Shown here: piece by piece, positions 37,373 through 47,582 of the stretch
Numbering within the stretch: position 1 is the stretch's first letter
Layout of the letters: the number at the start of each line of letters is the position of its first letter
Origin: an uncultured Thermoleophilia bacterium
Lineage (GTDB): Bacteria; Actinomycetota; Thermoleophilia; UBA2241
Assembly: GCA_963702475.1 (NCBI GenBank)
Contig: CAVPCT010000004.1
Coordinates: 416,001 to 480,000, forward strand
DNA length: 64,000 nucleotides
Reading direction: 5' to 3'
Notes under the pieces: generated by a model
What the model was told of the DNA's origin: nothing
The model's input: only the letters and a program-made list of their open reading frames with translations
Databases searched by the model: none
Program-made: the position numbers and the translations under genes

Positions 37373-39067
37373 TCACACGGAGTGGCAGGCAGCCGCCGGG
37401 CGGACTGCGGCGAGCTCCGCCCCGTCCCGACCGGGGGGAAAGCTCCCACCCAGGGGGTACGGCGAGGCTGGCCGGGCGAACAGGTATCCCTGCGCGAACG
37501 GGACGCCGAGGCCGCGCAGCACGTCGAGCTGGCCGTGGTGCTCGACCCCCTCGGCGACCAGGCCGATGTCGGCGTTGCGGCAGAAGTCGCTGAGCGTGCC
37601 GACCAGCTTCTGCCTGACCATCGAGTCCTCGATGCCGCGCGTGAGGCTGATGTCCAGCTTGATGAAGTCGGGCTCGATCTCCACCATCGTCTGCAGCCCC
37701 GAGTAGCCCGCGCCGGCGTCGTCGACGGCGACCCGGAAGCCGCACGCGCGGAGCCGTTTCACGACGTCACGCATCAGGGCGAAGTCCTCGACCACGCTCT
37801 TCTCGGTCACCTCGACCACCGTCAGGGGGCGCAGCTCAGGCGGGGTGAGCTCGGTGAAATCCGTCGCGCACAGGTGCGGGCTCGTCGTCGCGAACAGGCT
37901 GCTGGGCTCCGCGTTGATGAAGCGGAGGCAAGTGCCCGGCAGGGCCGCACTCCCCCGGGTGGCCACGGCGCGGCAGAGGGTGTCCAGCTCGTCCAGGCGG
38001 CGCTCCGCGCGGGCCACCTCGAACAGCGCTTCGGCTCCATGCAGCTCGCTGTGCACCGGACCCCTGGCGAGGAGCTCGTACCCCAGAACGCCGTAGTCTC
38101 CGAGCTTCACGATGGGCTGGTACACGCAGCTGATCTGCTCGCTGCACAGGAGGCGGTCGAGCTCGGCGCCCAGGCGGTGTCTGGCCTGACCGCGCTCCTG
38201 GTCGACCCGAGTCGTCGCCTCCTGTATGGCGTGCAGGAGGGCTCGCTTGAAGCGCACCTTCGGGGACAGGACGAGACGGGACCAGCCCACGTAGGGTTCG
38301 AGCGGCGTGAACACAAGGTGCGCCATCTCCCTCTCCAGGTGGGCGGCCAGCTCGCGCTGGAGCCGGTCCTTGACACGCAGCAGCTCGTCGTCGCGCAGTA
38401 CCTCGTGATGCCGCGGAGGCGCCAGGGCGAGGAGAAAGGCGTCGCCCAGGCTCGCGCAGGTGAGGTAGTCGTCCTCCCGCACGACGGTGCCCGGCAACTC
38501 GCCCAGCCGCTGCGAGACCAGCTTGTAGAGCTCGTCGACGGCCTCGAACCCGTGCATGCGCTCGAGGCCGTCGACGCCCTCGATGGCCACGTACAGGAGG
38601 CCCAGGTGGTGATGGTCCTGCAGGTGGCGCTGCAGCTCGAGCTGGACGCCGGCCAGCGTCGGCAGGCCGGTGACGTCGTCCTTGTACAGAGACGCGTCGC
38701 GCAACACGTCGCGGACCGTGGCAAGCAGGCGGTCGGCGGCGAACGGTTTGGTGATGTAGGCGGACGCGCCCACGCGGTTGGCCTCGATCATGTTGGCCAG
38801 CTCGTTCCTCGCCGTGAGGAACACGACAGGGATGTCCTTGGTGTAGCCGAACTGCAGCTCCCTGCAGACCTGGTAGCCGTCCATGCCCGGCATCATGACG
38901 TCGAGGAGGATCAGGTGCGGGTGGGTGGTGTAGGCGAGCTCGAGGCCCTGGGCCCCGTCGGCCGCCGCCTGCGCCTGGAAGCCGTTCGCGCGTAGGGTGG
39001 CGCACACGACCTGTCGAAGGTCAGGGTCGTCGTCTACCACCAGGATACGGATTGCGTCGTCGGTCAT
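37373..39067 (-). CDS. Response regulator with degenerate GGDEF and EAL domain (c-di-GMP phosphodiesterase)
   Basis: REC (DVMMP, KPF); DDVTGLP but SLGDAF at the GGDEF site; EAL motifs ELLARG, FIN, EVTE, DDAGAGYS, IKLD, AEGVE, QGY. Confidence 0.9.
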   Translation of the reverse strand: MTDDAIRILVVDDDPDLRQVVCATLRANGFQAQAAADGAQGLELAYTTHPHLILLDVMMPGMDGYQVCRELQFGYTKDIPVVFLTARNELANMIEANRVGASAYITKPFAADRLLATVRDVLRDASLYKDDVTGLPTLAGVQLELQRHLQDHHHLGLLYVAIEGVDGLERMHGFEAVDELYKLVSQRLGELPGTVVREDDYLTCASLGDAFLLALAPPRHHEVLRDDELLRVKDRLQRELAAHLEREMAHLVFTPLEPYVGWSRLVLSPKVRFKRALLHAIQEATTRVDQERGQARHRLGAELDRLLCSEQISCVYQPIVKLGDYGVLGYELLARGPVHSELHGAEALFEVARAERRLDELDTLCRAVATRGSAALPGTCLRFINAEPSSLFATTSPHLCATDFTELTPPELRPLTVVEVTEKSVVEDFALMRDVVKRLRACGFRVAVDDAGAGYSGLQTMVEIEPDFIKLDISLTRGIEDSMVRQKLVGTLSDFCRNADIGLVAEGVEHHGQLDVLRGLGVPFAQGYLFARPASPYPLGGSFPPGRDGAELAAVRPAAACHSV

Positions 39068-39191
39068 CCGGCCCCCCTCGGCACCATTCGGCGCCGAACG
39101 CATACCACCTCTTCATCGGCCGGCATGCGAAAGTCATGAGCGCGGCAAGTAGACTGTTCGTCTAGGCAAGAGCCGATCCCGGAGGGCGCAC

Positions 39192-40220
39192 ATGAAAGGC
39201 TACGGTCCCGCTGACCCCCTGCAGACGCCGCGCTTCGCCGGTATCTCCACCTTTCTGCGGCTGCCCCACACAGTGCACCTCGAGGGCGTCGACGTCGCCT
39301 TCGTAGGGCTGCCGTTCGACACCGGCGTGAGCTTCAGAGCGGGAGCGCGGTTCGGCCCCAAGGCGATCCGTGAGGGCTCGCTGTCGCTGCGCCCGGCCTA
39401 CAACATGGCGCAGCGCGTGGCCGTGTTCGAGCAGGTCTCGGCCGTCGACTACGGGGACGCGAGCGTGGTGCCGGGCTTCATCGAGCGGTCGCACGAGCGC
39501 ATGGCGGCGACGCTGCGGGAGATCTGCGAGGCCGGAGTGATCCCTATCGGCTTCGGCGGCGATCACAGCGTGCTGCTCGGCGAGCTGCGCGCCGTCGCAG
39601 ACACGCACGGCCCCGTGGCCCTGCTCCAGTTCGACGCCCACTCCGATACCTGGGACGAGTACTTCGGCGAGAAGTACACGCACGGCACCGTCATCAGGCG
39701 CGCCTGGGAGGAGGGTCTTATCGACGCGAAGCGCTCGACTCTCATGGGGATGCGCGGCGGTCTCTACGCACCCGGTGACCTGGACGAGGCGCGCGAGATG
39801 GGCTTCACCGTGCTGCCGTGGGACGACCTCGCGCAGCTGGGCACCTCCGCCGTGGCGGCGGCCGTGGACAGGGCCGGCGACGCCAAGGCGTTCCTGACGT
39901 TCGACATCGACTTCGTCGATCCGGCCTACGCGCCGGGCACGGGTACGCCGGAGTGCGGCGGCCCCTCCTCCATGCAGGCCCTGTCGCTGCTGCGTGCCTG
40001 CAGGGGCCTGCGCATCGTGGGCGCGGACGTGGTCGAGGTGCTGCCCGACCTGGACAGCTCGCACCTCACCGGCACCTTGGCGGCCACCTTGGCGTGGGAG
40101 ATCCTCAGCCTCATTGCGGCCGAGTGGCCGAGGCAGCATCCGGCCGAGGGCGCCGAGGCGGCTGGGGCCGTGAGCGAGGCCGCAACCGCGCCCGAGCTCG
40201 GGGTCGATGGGCCGTGGTGA
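39192..40220 (+). CDS. speB: Agmatinase / ureohydrolase
   Basis: GARFGP, GGDHS, DAHSD, TFDIDFVDPAYAPGTGTP. Confidence 0.9.
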   Translation: MKGYGPADPLQTPRFAGISTFLRLPHTVHLEGVDVAFVGLPFDTGVSFRAGARFGPKAIREGSLSLRPAYNMAQRVAVFEQVSAVDYGDASVVPGFIERSHERMAATLREICEAGVIPIGFGGDHSVLLGELRAVADTHGPVALLQFDAHSDTWDEYFGEKYTHGTVIRRAWEEGLIDAKRSTLMGMRGGLYAPGDLDEAREMGFTVLPWDDLAQLGTSAVAAAVDRAGDAKAFLTFDIDFVDPAYAPGTGTPECGGPSSMQALSLLRACRGLRIVGADVVEVLPDLDSSHLTGTLAATLAWEILSLIAAEWPRQHPAEGAEAAGAVSEAATAPELGVDGPW

Positions 40221-40267
40221 GCGGTGGCGGGGAGCAGGACGGAGGATCGGACGACGGGAAGGCGCGC

Positions 40268-41194
40268 ATGAGCGGGCAGGTGCTGCGCGTCGCCTGCGTA
40301 CAGATGAACACGCGCGACGACGTGGCCGCCAACGTGCGTGTCGCCGCCGAACTGGTCGAGGAGGCGGCAGCCGCCGGCGCCCGCCTCGTCGCGCTGCCGG
40401 AGACCTGGCTGTTCAAGGGCCGCAGTGAGGGCATCCGCGCGAGCGCGGAAGCCCCGGACGGCCCCGCCAACAGCCGGCTGGCGGCGCTGGCGGCCCGCCA
40501 CGACTTCTACGTGCTGGCGGGCTCCATCTACGAGCCCGCCGGAACGGACTGCAGGGTGTTCAACACGTGCGCCCTGTTCGGGCCGGACGGCGCCCTCGCG
40601 GCGGTCTACCGCAAGATGCACCTCTTCGACGTGACGGCGGGCGACAAGGTCTATCGCGAGTCTGACGACGTGGTCGCCGGCTCGGAGCTCGTGACGGCCG
40701 ACATCGCCGTCGGCGCCGCGCGCGGACCCGCCGGCTGCGAGCACCACGGGCCGGCCGGCGACGAGCAGGGCTCCCTGACGGCCGGCGCCGGGGAGGCGGC
40801 CGAGCCGTGCTCCGTGCGACTCGGTCTGACGATCTGCTACGACCTGCGCTTTCCCGAGCTGTATCGCAGCCTTGCGCTCCAGGGCGCCCAGGTGCTGTGC
40901 GTGCCGTCCGCCTTCACGGCGCACACCGGTGCGGCACATTGGGACGTGTTGCTGCGCGCCCGCGCCATAGAGAACGGCTGCTTCGTGATCGCTCCGGGCC
41001 AGGTCGGCGAGCATCTGCCCGGGCGCGGCTGCTACGGGCACACCATGATCGTCGACCCGTGGGGCACGGTCCTGTCCGAGCTGCACGACGGTATCGGCGT
41101 GTGCGTCGCCGATCTCGACCTCGCGCGCCTCGCCGGTGTACGCGCGCAGATCCCTTCGCTGGAGAACCGCCGGCCGGACGCGTACCGGCTGTAG
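40268..41194 (+). CDS. Carbon-nitrogen hydrolase (Nit1/deaminated glutathione amidase-like)
   Basis: LPE, YRKMHLFD, ICYDLRFPE catalytic triad; RARAIEN. Confidence 0.9.
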   Translation: MSGQVLRVACVQMNTRDDVAANVRVAAELVEEAAAAGARLVALPETWLFKGRSEGIRASAEAPDGPANSRLAALAARHDFYVLAGSIYEPAGTDCRVFNTCALFGPDGALAAVYRKMHLFDVTAGDKVYRESDDVVAGSELVTADIAVGAARGPAGCEHHGPAGDEQGSLTAGAGEAAEPCSVRLGLTICYDLRFPELYRSLALQGAQVLCVPSAFTAHTGAAHWDVLLRARAIENGCFVIAPGQVGEHLPGRGCYGHTMIVDPWGTVLSELHDGIGVCVADLDLARLAGVRAQIPSLENRRPDAYRL

Positions 41195-41256
41195 GCCACG
41201 GTCCGCGCCGACCGGGGCCTCTCGGTGCCACCATGGCCGGCCGACGGCCGGCGATG

Positions 41257-42165
41257 TCAGCCGCGCGCGTCGACGCGATTGAGGAACGCGTCCACGACGG
41301 CGAGGAACGTCGCCGGCTCTTCCACGTGCGGGAAGTGCGAACTCTGCTCGAAGACGTGCAGCTGGGCCCCTGCGATCCCGTCACGCAGCAGCTCGGCCAG
41401 CGCCGGAGTGGCCTCGTCGTGCCGGCCGCAGAGGACGAGGGTCGGGGTGTCGATCTCCCACAGGCGGCCAGTGACGTCCCAGGTCCTCAACGTCCCCGTC
41501 GCGTTGAACTCGTTCGGGCCCCACATGGTGGAGTAGACCTCGGGGTCTTCCTCCATCCTGGCGAAGGCTCGCTGCACGAACTCCGGCCACGGACGTACGC
41601 GGCAGACGTGTCGCTCGTAGAACGCCATCAATGCGGTCTGGTACTCCTCGCTGTCGAGGTCGCCCTCGGCCTCGTGACTGTCGAGGACGTCCTGGACGTC
41701 CTGTGGGAGCCCTGTACGGAGGCGGGCGGTCTCCCGGATCCAGGCGGGCATGCTGGGCGACGTGTCGGCAAGGACGAGACTTGCGAGGCCGGGAGGGCGG
41801 CGCAGCGCGTAGTCGAGGGCGAACATCCCGCCCCACGACTGCCCGAGGACGTGTATCCGCTCGAGTCCGAGCTGCCGACGGAGGTCGTCGAGTTGCTCGA
41901 CGAAGAGGTCGACGGTCCACAGCGACGGGTCGTGCAGGTGCGTGGAGTCACCGCATCCCAGCTGGTCGTAGAAGACGATGGCGCGTCCGTCGTGCGCCAG
42001 GGCGGCGAGCGGGTCGAGGTACTCGTGAGGGATGCCAGGGCCTCCGTGGAGCACCACGAGAGGAGGCTCGCCCGTCACGGCGCCGACGACCCTGTACCAG
42101 GTGTGCCACTCCTTGAAGGCGATGCGCCCCTCCGCGCTCACCGCGTTGCCCACAGGGTTGTCCAT
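41257..42165 (-). CDS. pip: Proline iminopeptidase family (alpha/beta hydrolase)
   Basis: HGGPG, YDQLGCG, GQSWGG, GPNEF, SSHFPH; AAGGAGG RBS. Confidence 0.88.
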   Translation of the reverse strand: MDNPVGNAVSAEGRIAFKEWHTWYRVVGAVTGEPPLVVLHGGPGIPHEYLDPLAALAHDGRAIVFYDQLGCGDSTHLHDPSLWTVDLFVEQLDDLRRQLGLERIHVLGQSWGGMFALDYALRRPPGLASLVLADTSPSMPAWIRETARLRTGLPQDVQDVLDSHEAEGDLDSEEYQTALMAFYERHVCRVRPWPEFVQRAFARMEEDPEVYSTMWGPNEFNATGTLRTWDVTGRLWEIDTPTLVLCGRHDEATPALAELLRDGIAGAQLHVFEQSSHFPHVEEPATFLAVVDAFLNRVDARG

Positions 42166-42326
42166 CTCCGCCTCCTTCACCGGTGCCGACGGCCGGCCGC
42201 GCGGGCGCGCGCCCGGGAGGGACTCTACCGGTGCTTCCGGGAGTACGCCACTGCGTATCGATGTTGCGGGCGCCACCGGCGGAGTCGCGCGGGCCGTCGC
42301 CGCGCGGTGCGCACCGGGTGACGGGC

Positions 42327-43235
42327 TCAGGTGGCGGCCGTACGCCTGTCGGCCAGCCGCCGTCGCACGAACGCGACGATGACGCCGACCACGAAGCCGG
42401 CGAGCGCCCCGGCGGCCACGTTGAGCGTCGTGCTGGGCCCGCTCGGGGAGTCCGGCGGCAGAGCCTCATGCAGCACGCGTGGCTGCTCCACCTGCTGCGC
42501 GGAGAACAGCAGCAGCTCGGTCTTCTGGTTGGCCGACGCCAGAGCCTCCGTCTCGGTGGCGGCAGCTTGGACGACGGCCATGTAGGGCGCCGCCGCGAGG
42601 GCCTTCTCGGAGTCGCTGCCTCCGCCCTGGGCGATGTCCAGCAGGGCCTTCTGGGCCGCCGCGCTGCGTGCTCCGGCGGCGGCCATGGCCTTCTCGCCTT
42701 GCTCCAGCTGCGCCTCGAGCAGCGCGATCTTGCCGTCGACCCCGGGGCTGATGCGCGCCACGAGCACCTCGGCCAGCGCGTTGGCAGCGGCCGCGGCGCG
42801 TGCCGGCTTGGTGTCGGTCACCGTGATGACGACGATGTTCACCACCGAGGTGGAGGTCTTCACCGTCGAGGATGGTGTGACCACCGTTGTGCGCTTGCGC
42901 AGGAACCCGGCCGAGATGTCCATGCCCGTCTTCTCGGCCGCCTCCTTGAGCACCGTCTGGCTCAACAGCAGCTGCGTGGCGGCCTTGGAGTTGGAGTTCA
43001 GGCCGGCCATGGGGTTGCCGTTGGCGTCGGTGGTCTGGCCGATGTAGACGGACGAGGTGGCGCTGTACTGCTTGGGGGACGCAAGGGTGACGACTCCCCC
43101 GACCACGGCTCCCAGCGCGAGCAGGCCAAGGATGACCCACCAGTTGTGCAGCAGGGTGGCGAACCAGCCGCCTATGTCGATGGAGGTGCCGGGTTCTGAG
43201 GGTGACGCGGGAGGAGCGTCGGTGTCGGTGCTCAT
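42327..43235 (-). CDS. Wzz/CpsC-like polysaccharide chain-length determinant
   Basis: IDI...WWVI TM, PKQYSA, coiled region, Pro-rich segment then a second TM. Confidence 0.82.
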   Translation of the reverse strand: MSTDTDAPPASPSEPGTSIDIGGWFATLLHNWWVILGLLALGAVVGGVVTLASPKQYSATSSVYIGQTTDANGNPMAGLNSNSKAATQLLLSQTVLKEAAEKTGMDISAGFLRKRTTVVTPSSTVKTSTSVVNIVVITVTDTKPARAAAAANALAEVLVARISPGVDGKIALLEAQLEQGEKAMAAAGARSAAAQKALLDIAQGGGSDSEKALAAAPYMAVVQAAATETEALASANQKTELLLFSAQQVEQPRVLHEALPPDSPSGPSTTLNVAAGALAGFVVGVIVAFVRRRLADRRTAAT

Positions 43236-43332
43236 GGCGTCCTGTCCGTCGGGGTCGTCCGGGTCATGTTACCGCAGGCGGCGCGCGCGGCGCAGCGGGC
43301 GGCGCGCGTCGGCCTGCGCAGTGCCTCCGGGC

Positions 43333-44577
43333 TCAGTGACGGTGAGCGGCGCGCACGCGTTCGAGGAGCTCGAGGTAGTCGTGGGCGAGCACGCGCCGGT
43401 CGAAGTGCTCCAGCACGTACCGGCGCCCCGCCTCGCCCATGCGCGCGCAGGCTGCGCGGTCGTCCGCCAGACGGACGGCGGCCGCGGCAAGCTCGGCGTC
43501 GTTGGACGGCTCGAACGCGACGCCGCAGGCGGCCTCGTCGAGCATCGCCCGGGCGTCGCCCTCGAAGCCGAGCAGGATGGGCTTCTCCATGGCCGCGTCC
43601 TCGAAGAACTTGCTCGGCAGGATCGTGGAGAAGAGCTCCTGCTTGCGGAAGTGCACGAGGCAGGCGTCGCTGCTGGCGAGGTAGCGGGGCAGGTCGGCGC
43701 GCGGCACCAGGCCGGTGAAGACGACGTTGTCCAGGCCTTCGGCGCGAGCCCGCCGCTCCAGCTCCTCGCGCACGGCGCCGTCGCCCACGAGCAGGAAGGC
43801 GATGCCCGCGCGGCCCTGCGCCTTCAGGCGCGCCGCCGCGCCCAGCGCGACCTCGAGCCCGCTCGCCATGCCGATGGTGCCGGCGAACGTGATCACGAAC
43901 GTGTCCGGCGCGAAGCCCAGCTGCGCGCGCAGCTCCGCGTCCGGCGGCCGCGGCGTGAACAGGTCGGCGTCCACGCCGTTGGTGACCACGGACACCTTCT
44001 CGGGCGCGACACCCTTGCGGATCATGTTCTGGCGGTAGCCTTCGCCGACCGCCACGATGTGGTCGGCCCCGTCGTAGAGCGCCTTCTCCAGCCGTTCGAG
44101 GGCGCGGACGATGCGGCCCTCCGTGAGCGCGCCGACGGCGGTGATGGAGTCGGGCCAGATGTCGCGGATCTCCAGGACGAACGGCGCGCCGTGGGCGCGC
44201 GCCACCGGCCAGCCCGCCCAGCCGGCGAAGAACTGCGGGCTGGTGGCGATCACGACATCGGCCTTGGGGCGGATGAGCGGGCCGGCCGCGCCGGCCGCGG
44301 CCAGGTACGACAGGTAGTTGAGGCCGCGGCGCGCGCGGCCGCGGTTGGCCGCCAGGTACGTCCACACGCGGACCGTGCGGACGCCGTCGATCCACTCCTC
44401 CTGGTACGGCCTGTTCTGATAGCCCTCGTACACGACGCCGGCCGGCACGTTGGGCGCGCAGGTCAGCACCGTCACACGGTGCCCCGCGCGCGCCCACTCC
44501 TTCGCCATGGCGTGCACGCGCGCGGCCGGGGCGTTGTTCTCCGGTACGAAATAGTGGCTGAGGAAGAGGATGTGCAT
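43333..44577 (-). CDS. GT4 glycosyltransferase (WbuB-like)
   Basis: SHYFVPE, PN.PAG, ATSP, EIRDIWP, PSKFFE. Confidence 0.9.
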   Translation of the reverse strand: MHILFLSHYFVPENNAPAARVHAMAKEWARAGHRVTVLTCAPNVPAGVVYEGYQNRPYQEEWIDGVRTVRVWTYLAANRGRARRGLNYLSYLAAAGAAGPLIRPKADVVIATSPQFFAGWAGWPVARAHGAPFVLEIRDIWPDSITAVGALTEGRIVRALERLEKALYDGADHIVAVGEGYRQNMIRKGVAPEKVSVVTNGVDADLFTPRPPDAELRAQLGFAPDTFVITFAGTIGMASGLEVALGAAARLKAQGRAGIAFLLVGDGAVREELERRARAEGLDNVVFTGLVPRADLPRYLASSDACLVHFRKQELFSTILPSKFFEDAAMEKPILLGFEGDARAMLDEAACGVAFEPSNDAELAAAAVRLADDRAACARMGEAGRRYVLEHFDRRVLAHDYLELLERVRAAHRH

Positions 44578-44667
44578 CGGCTCATCCGGCGGGCGGGCCA
44601 GCGCAGCCGCGCCCGCCTGTCAATGTCACTGTGCGGTGTCGCTCCGCTGCCCCGCACGATGGTGCAG

Positions 44668-45720
44668 CTACGCCGACCATTCGTCCCAGAACACCTGATC
44701 GTAGTACCGCACCGAGCGCCGCGAGAAGCGCACCCGCGACTCGATCTCGGCCACGTCCTCCGCACCGAGCTCGCCGACAGCGTACTTGATGCCCAGGTAC
44801 GGGATGATGAAGTCCTCCTGGTAGACGAACGTGCTCACGCGCGGGTTGATCTCCAGCAGCTTGCCGCCGATCCACTGCACGCTCTGGTAGTAGTCCAGCT
44901 CCAGATGCCGCACGACCTTGCGCGTGAGCTCCACGAGGTCGGGCCGGTCGATCGTCTTGAACGCCATCGCCAGACCGGTGAGGAACTCCTCGCGGGTGCG
45001 CGTCTGGTGGAACACCACCTCGCCCTTGTCGGCGAACAGGTCGACGGTGATCTCCGGCGCGTCCACGTACTCCATGAGCATGAGGTCCGGGAACGGCTCG
45101 TACTCGCGGAACAGCTCGACGAAGTCGTCCAGGGTCATGTAGCGATTGATGGGCTTCTCGTAGAGGAGCTCGCGCACGCGGTCGATGTGCGCGGAGAGGA
45201 TGCGGAAGCCGCGCGAGCCCTTGGCCACCGGCGGCTTGAAGCACACCGGGACGTCGGGGTAGCCGAGCTGCTCGGCGCCGGCGACGAACTGCTCGAGGGT
45301 CGCCGGCCGGATGAGCTGAGGCTGCGGCACCGGGATCTCGCTGCAGGCGGCGTGCATGAGCGCCTTGTCGCTGGCGATCTCGATGCCGCGCACGCCGTCG
45401 GCCATGACCTTCGCGCCGAGCTCCTCGAACGCCTCGCGGTGGCGCGCCACCGTCTCGATCTCGTGCGAGGACTGGACGAACAGGATGTCCGGGTGCTCGC
45501 GCTCGACGACCTCCGCCAGGCCGGCGATGTAGTCGGGCGAGTCGCCCGCCGGTACCAGGCTGAAGCCGTCGCAGAGAAAGCGCCCGACGGCGTCGGGGCG
45601 CATGTCTACCCCGTGGATGACGATCTCGCGCTCGCCGTTGGCCTTCAGCATGCGGATCAGGGTGCTGGCGCCGGGGCAGCCGGCGGCGGTGAGGACGAGC
45701 TTGAGCGGTGGCAGGGTCAT
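44668..45720 (-). CDS. ATP-grasp domain protein
   Basis: SDK, FKPPVAKGSRG, MEYV, LEINPR. Confidence 0.85.
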   Translation of the reverse strand: MTLPPLKLVLTAAGCPGASTLIRMLKANGEREIVIHGVDMRPDAVGRFLCDGFSLVPAGDSPDYIAGLAEVVEREHPDILFVQSSHEIETVARHREAFEELGAKVMADGVRGIEIASDKALMHAACSEIPVPQPQLIRPATLEQFVAGAEQLGYPDVPVCFKPPVAKGSRGFRILSAHIDRVRELLYEKPINRYMTLDDFVELFREYEPFPDLMLMEYVDAPEITVDLFADKGEVVFHQTRTREEFLTGLAMAFKTIDRPDLVELTRKVVRHLELDYYQSVQWIGGKLLEINPRVSTFVYQEDFIIPYLGIKYAVGELGAEDVAEIESRVRFSRRSVRYYDQVFWDEWSA

Positions 45721-45769
45721 GCGGTCTCCGGGGCGGTCGCGGCGGGCGGGCGCGGGTCGACGGCGGGCG

Positions 45770-46408
45770 TCAGAGGATCCAGCGGTAGACCTCGAAGACC
45801 TCGGCGTAGTCGCAGCCGATGTTGATGCCTCGCGTGAGGGCCACGTTGCGGATGTAGTCTTCGTTGAGGTAGTTGCGGTGGCCCTGGCTGGCGTAGCACG
45901 ACAGGGCCTCGACCTTCTTCTCGATGTGGCGCTCCTCCAGCCGCACGTAGGCCTGCTGCGAGAAGTTGAGGTTGTTCCACGGGATCTCGTAGGCCAGGAC
46001 GGTGGTGCGCTTGAAGGCGCGCAGGCCCTCCTCGGCGATGGTCTTGTGGTCCTGGTGCAGGTCGATGAGCGCCGGCATGAACACGCAGTCCGGGTCCAGC
46101 TCGCGCTGGAGGACGATCATCTCTTCGAGGATGTCCTGGCGCATGGTCGGGAAGGTGCGGACCTCGAAGTCGTAGACCTTGAGGTCGGCCGGGTCGATAC
46201 CCAGCACGCCGGTGGCGGCGCGGACCTCGTGCTTGAGCACGTCCTTCGGGAAGCCCTCTGGGACGCTCTTGGCGGCGGTGCTGAAGGCGGCGTACGTGAC
46301 CTTGACGCCGCTCTCGATGAGGCGCGCCATGGTGCCGCCGCAGCCGAACTCGCCGTCGTCGGTGTGCGGGGCGAGGACCAGCACGTTCTGGAACCGCTCG
46401 ATGGTCAC
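45770..46408 (-). CDS. PIG-L/LmbE family deacetylase
   Basis: APHTDDGEFGCGG, DLHQDH, YEIP, YASQ. Confidence 0.92.
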   Translation of the reverse strand: MTIERFQNVLVLAPHTDDGEFGCGGTMARLIESGVKVTYAAFSTAAKSVPEGFPKDVLKHEVRAATGVLGIDPADLKVYDFEVRTFPTMRQDILEEMIVLQRELDPDCVFMPALIDLHQDHKTIAEEGLRAFKRTTVLAYEIPWNNLNFSQQAYVRLEERHIEKKVEALSCYASQGHRNYLNEDYIRNVALTRGINIGCDYAEVFEVYRWIL

Positions 46409-46448
46409 GTGAGGGACTCGCTCCGGTCGGTCGCCGGGTGGGCCGCCG

Positions 46449-47582
46449 TCAGGCGAGCCCGGCGCACAGCGAACCGTAGAAGTCTACCAAATCGCCCTCG
46501 ACGGCCTCCCAGCTGTAGCGGCGCGCGACCGCCTCACGGCCGCGCGCGCCCATCGCCGGAAGCTCGGCGCGGGCGGCGAGCAGGCGGCGGACGCCGTCCA
46601 GGTGGCCCGCCTCCGTCGGTGGGACAGCCAGGCCGCAGCCCTCGCCGCGCACCAGGTCGCCGCGCCCGGGCATGTCGCTGACCAGCGCGGCGAGGCCGAC
46701 TGTCATCCCCTCGAGGAGCTTGGTCGGGATGGTCGGGTGGCTGTACTGCCGGTCCGGCTGAGAAGGCACCCACACGACATCGGCGGCCGCCAGATAGCGC
46801 GGCAGCTCCGGCGGCGGGATGCGTCCGAGCAGCTTCACGCGGCCGCAGAGGCCTGCGGCCAGGCGCTCGCGCACCTCCGCCTCGAGCGCCGCCTCGTTGA
46901 ACGTGCCGCCGAGATACAGGACCGCGTCGTCGGGTCCCAGCTGCGCCATGACGTCGAGCATCATGGTGCAGCCACGAGCGCGCGACAGGCTGCCTACGTA
47001 CACGAGCTTGAGGCGCCTGTCCGCGACGAGCCCTGGCACCGGCACCGCGCCGGAGAAGCGTTCCGCGCGCGGGTAGTTCGGCAGCACGAGCCGGAGCTTC
47101 GGCGTGCTGCCGAGCGCCTTCAGCTGATCCTCGACCACGACGACCACGCCGGCGCCTAGGGCCGCCAGGCGTTTCTGCGCGACGGCCGTGGTCTGCGACG
47201 CCACCGGCCGCACCTTCCCGGGGATGTACGGCTTGCTCGCCACGGCCTCCGGGACGTACTCGTGCATGTCGTACACGAGGCGCGGGACCATGGCCCTGGC
47301 CGCCGGGAACAGCGTGAGCAGCTCCGGGTCGTGCACGTGCAGCACGTGCGGCCGCAGGGTCCGCAGCGCCTTGAGGATGTCGGCCGAGCTCAAGAAGCGC
47401 GTCGAGCGGCCGCGCTCGGGGAGCGGCGCCAGCAGCACGCCGGCGTCGTCCTGCGCGTGCGGCGCGCCGGGCGCCATGTACATGACCTGGTAGCCGGCCT
47501 CCGCCAGCGTGCGGCACTCGCGCTCGCAGATGCGGGGGTCGTCCGGCTTGTGGACCACGCTGAGGTGCAGGACGCGGCTCAC
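46449..47582 (-). CDS. GT4 glycosyltransferase
   Basis: HKPDDPRI, HVHDPEL, YDMHE, PTKLLE; GTGA overlap with the upstream gene. Confidence 0.88.
   Translation of the reverse strand: MSRVLHLSVVHKPDDPRICERECRTLAEAGYQVMYMAPGAPHAQDDAGVLLAPLPERGRSTRFLSSADILKALRTLRPHVLHVHDPELLTLFPAARAMVPRLVYDMHEYVPEAVASKPYIPGKVRPVASQTTAVAQKRLAALGAGVVVVVEDQLKALGSTPKLRLVLPNYPRAERFSGAVPVPGLVADRRLKLVYVGSLSRARGCTMMLDVMAQLGPDDAVLYLGGTFNEAALEAEVRERLAAGLCGRVKLLGRIPPPELPRYLAAADVVWVPSQPDRQYSHPTIPTKLLEGMTVGLAALVSDMPGRGDLVRGEGCGLAVPPTEAGHLDGVRRLLAARAELPAMGARGREAVARRYSWEAVEGDLVDFYGSLCAGLA

Noticed and set aside
39100-39191. Guanidine riboswitch upstream of the agmatinase
   Set aside because: The leader is short and no guanidine-I or guanidine-II (paired ACGR loop) pattern is seen.
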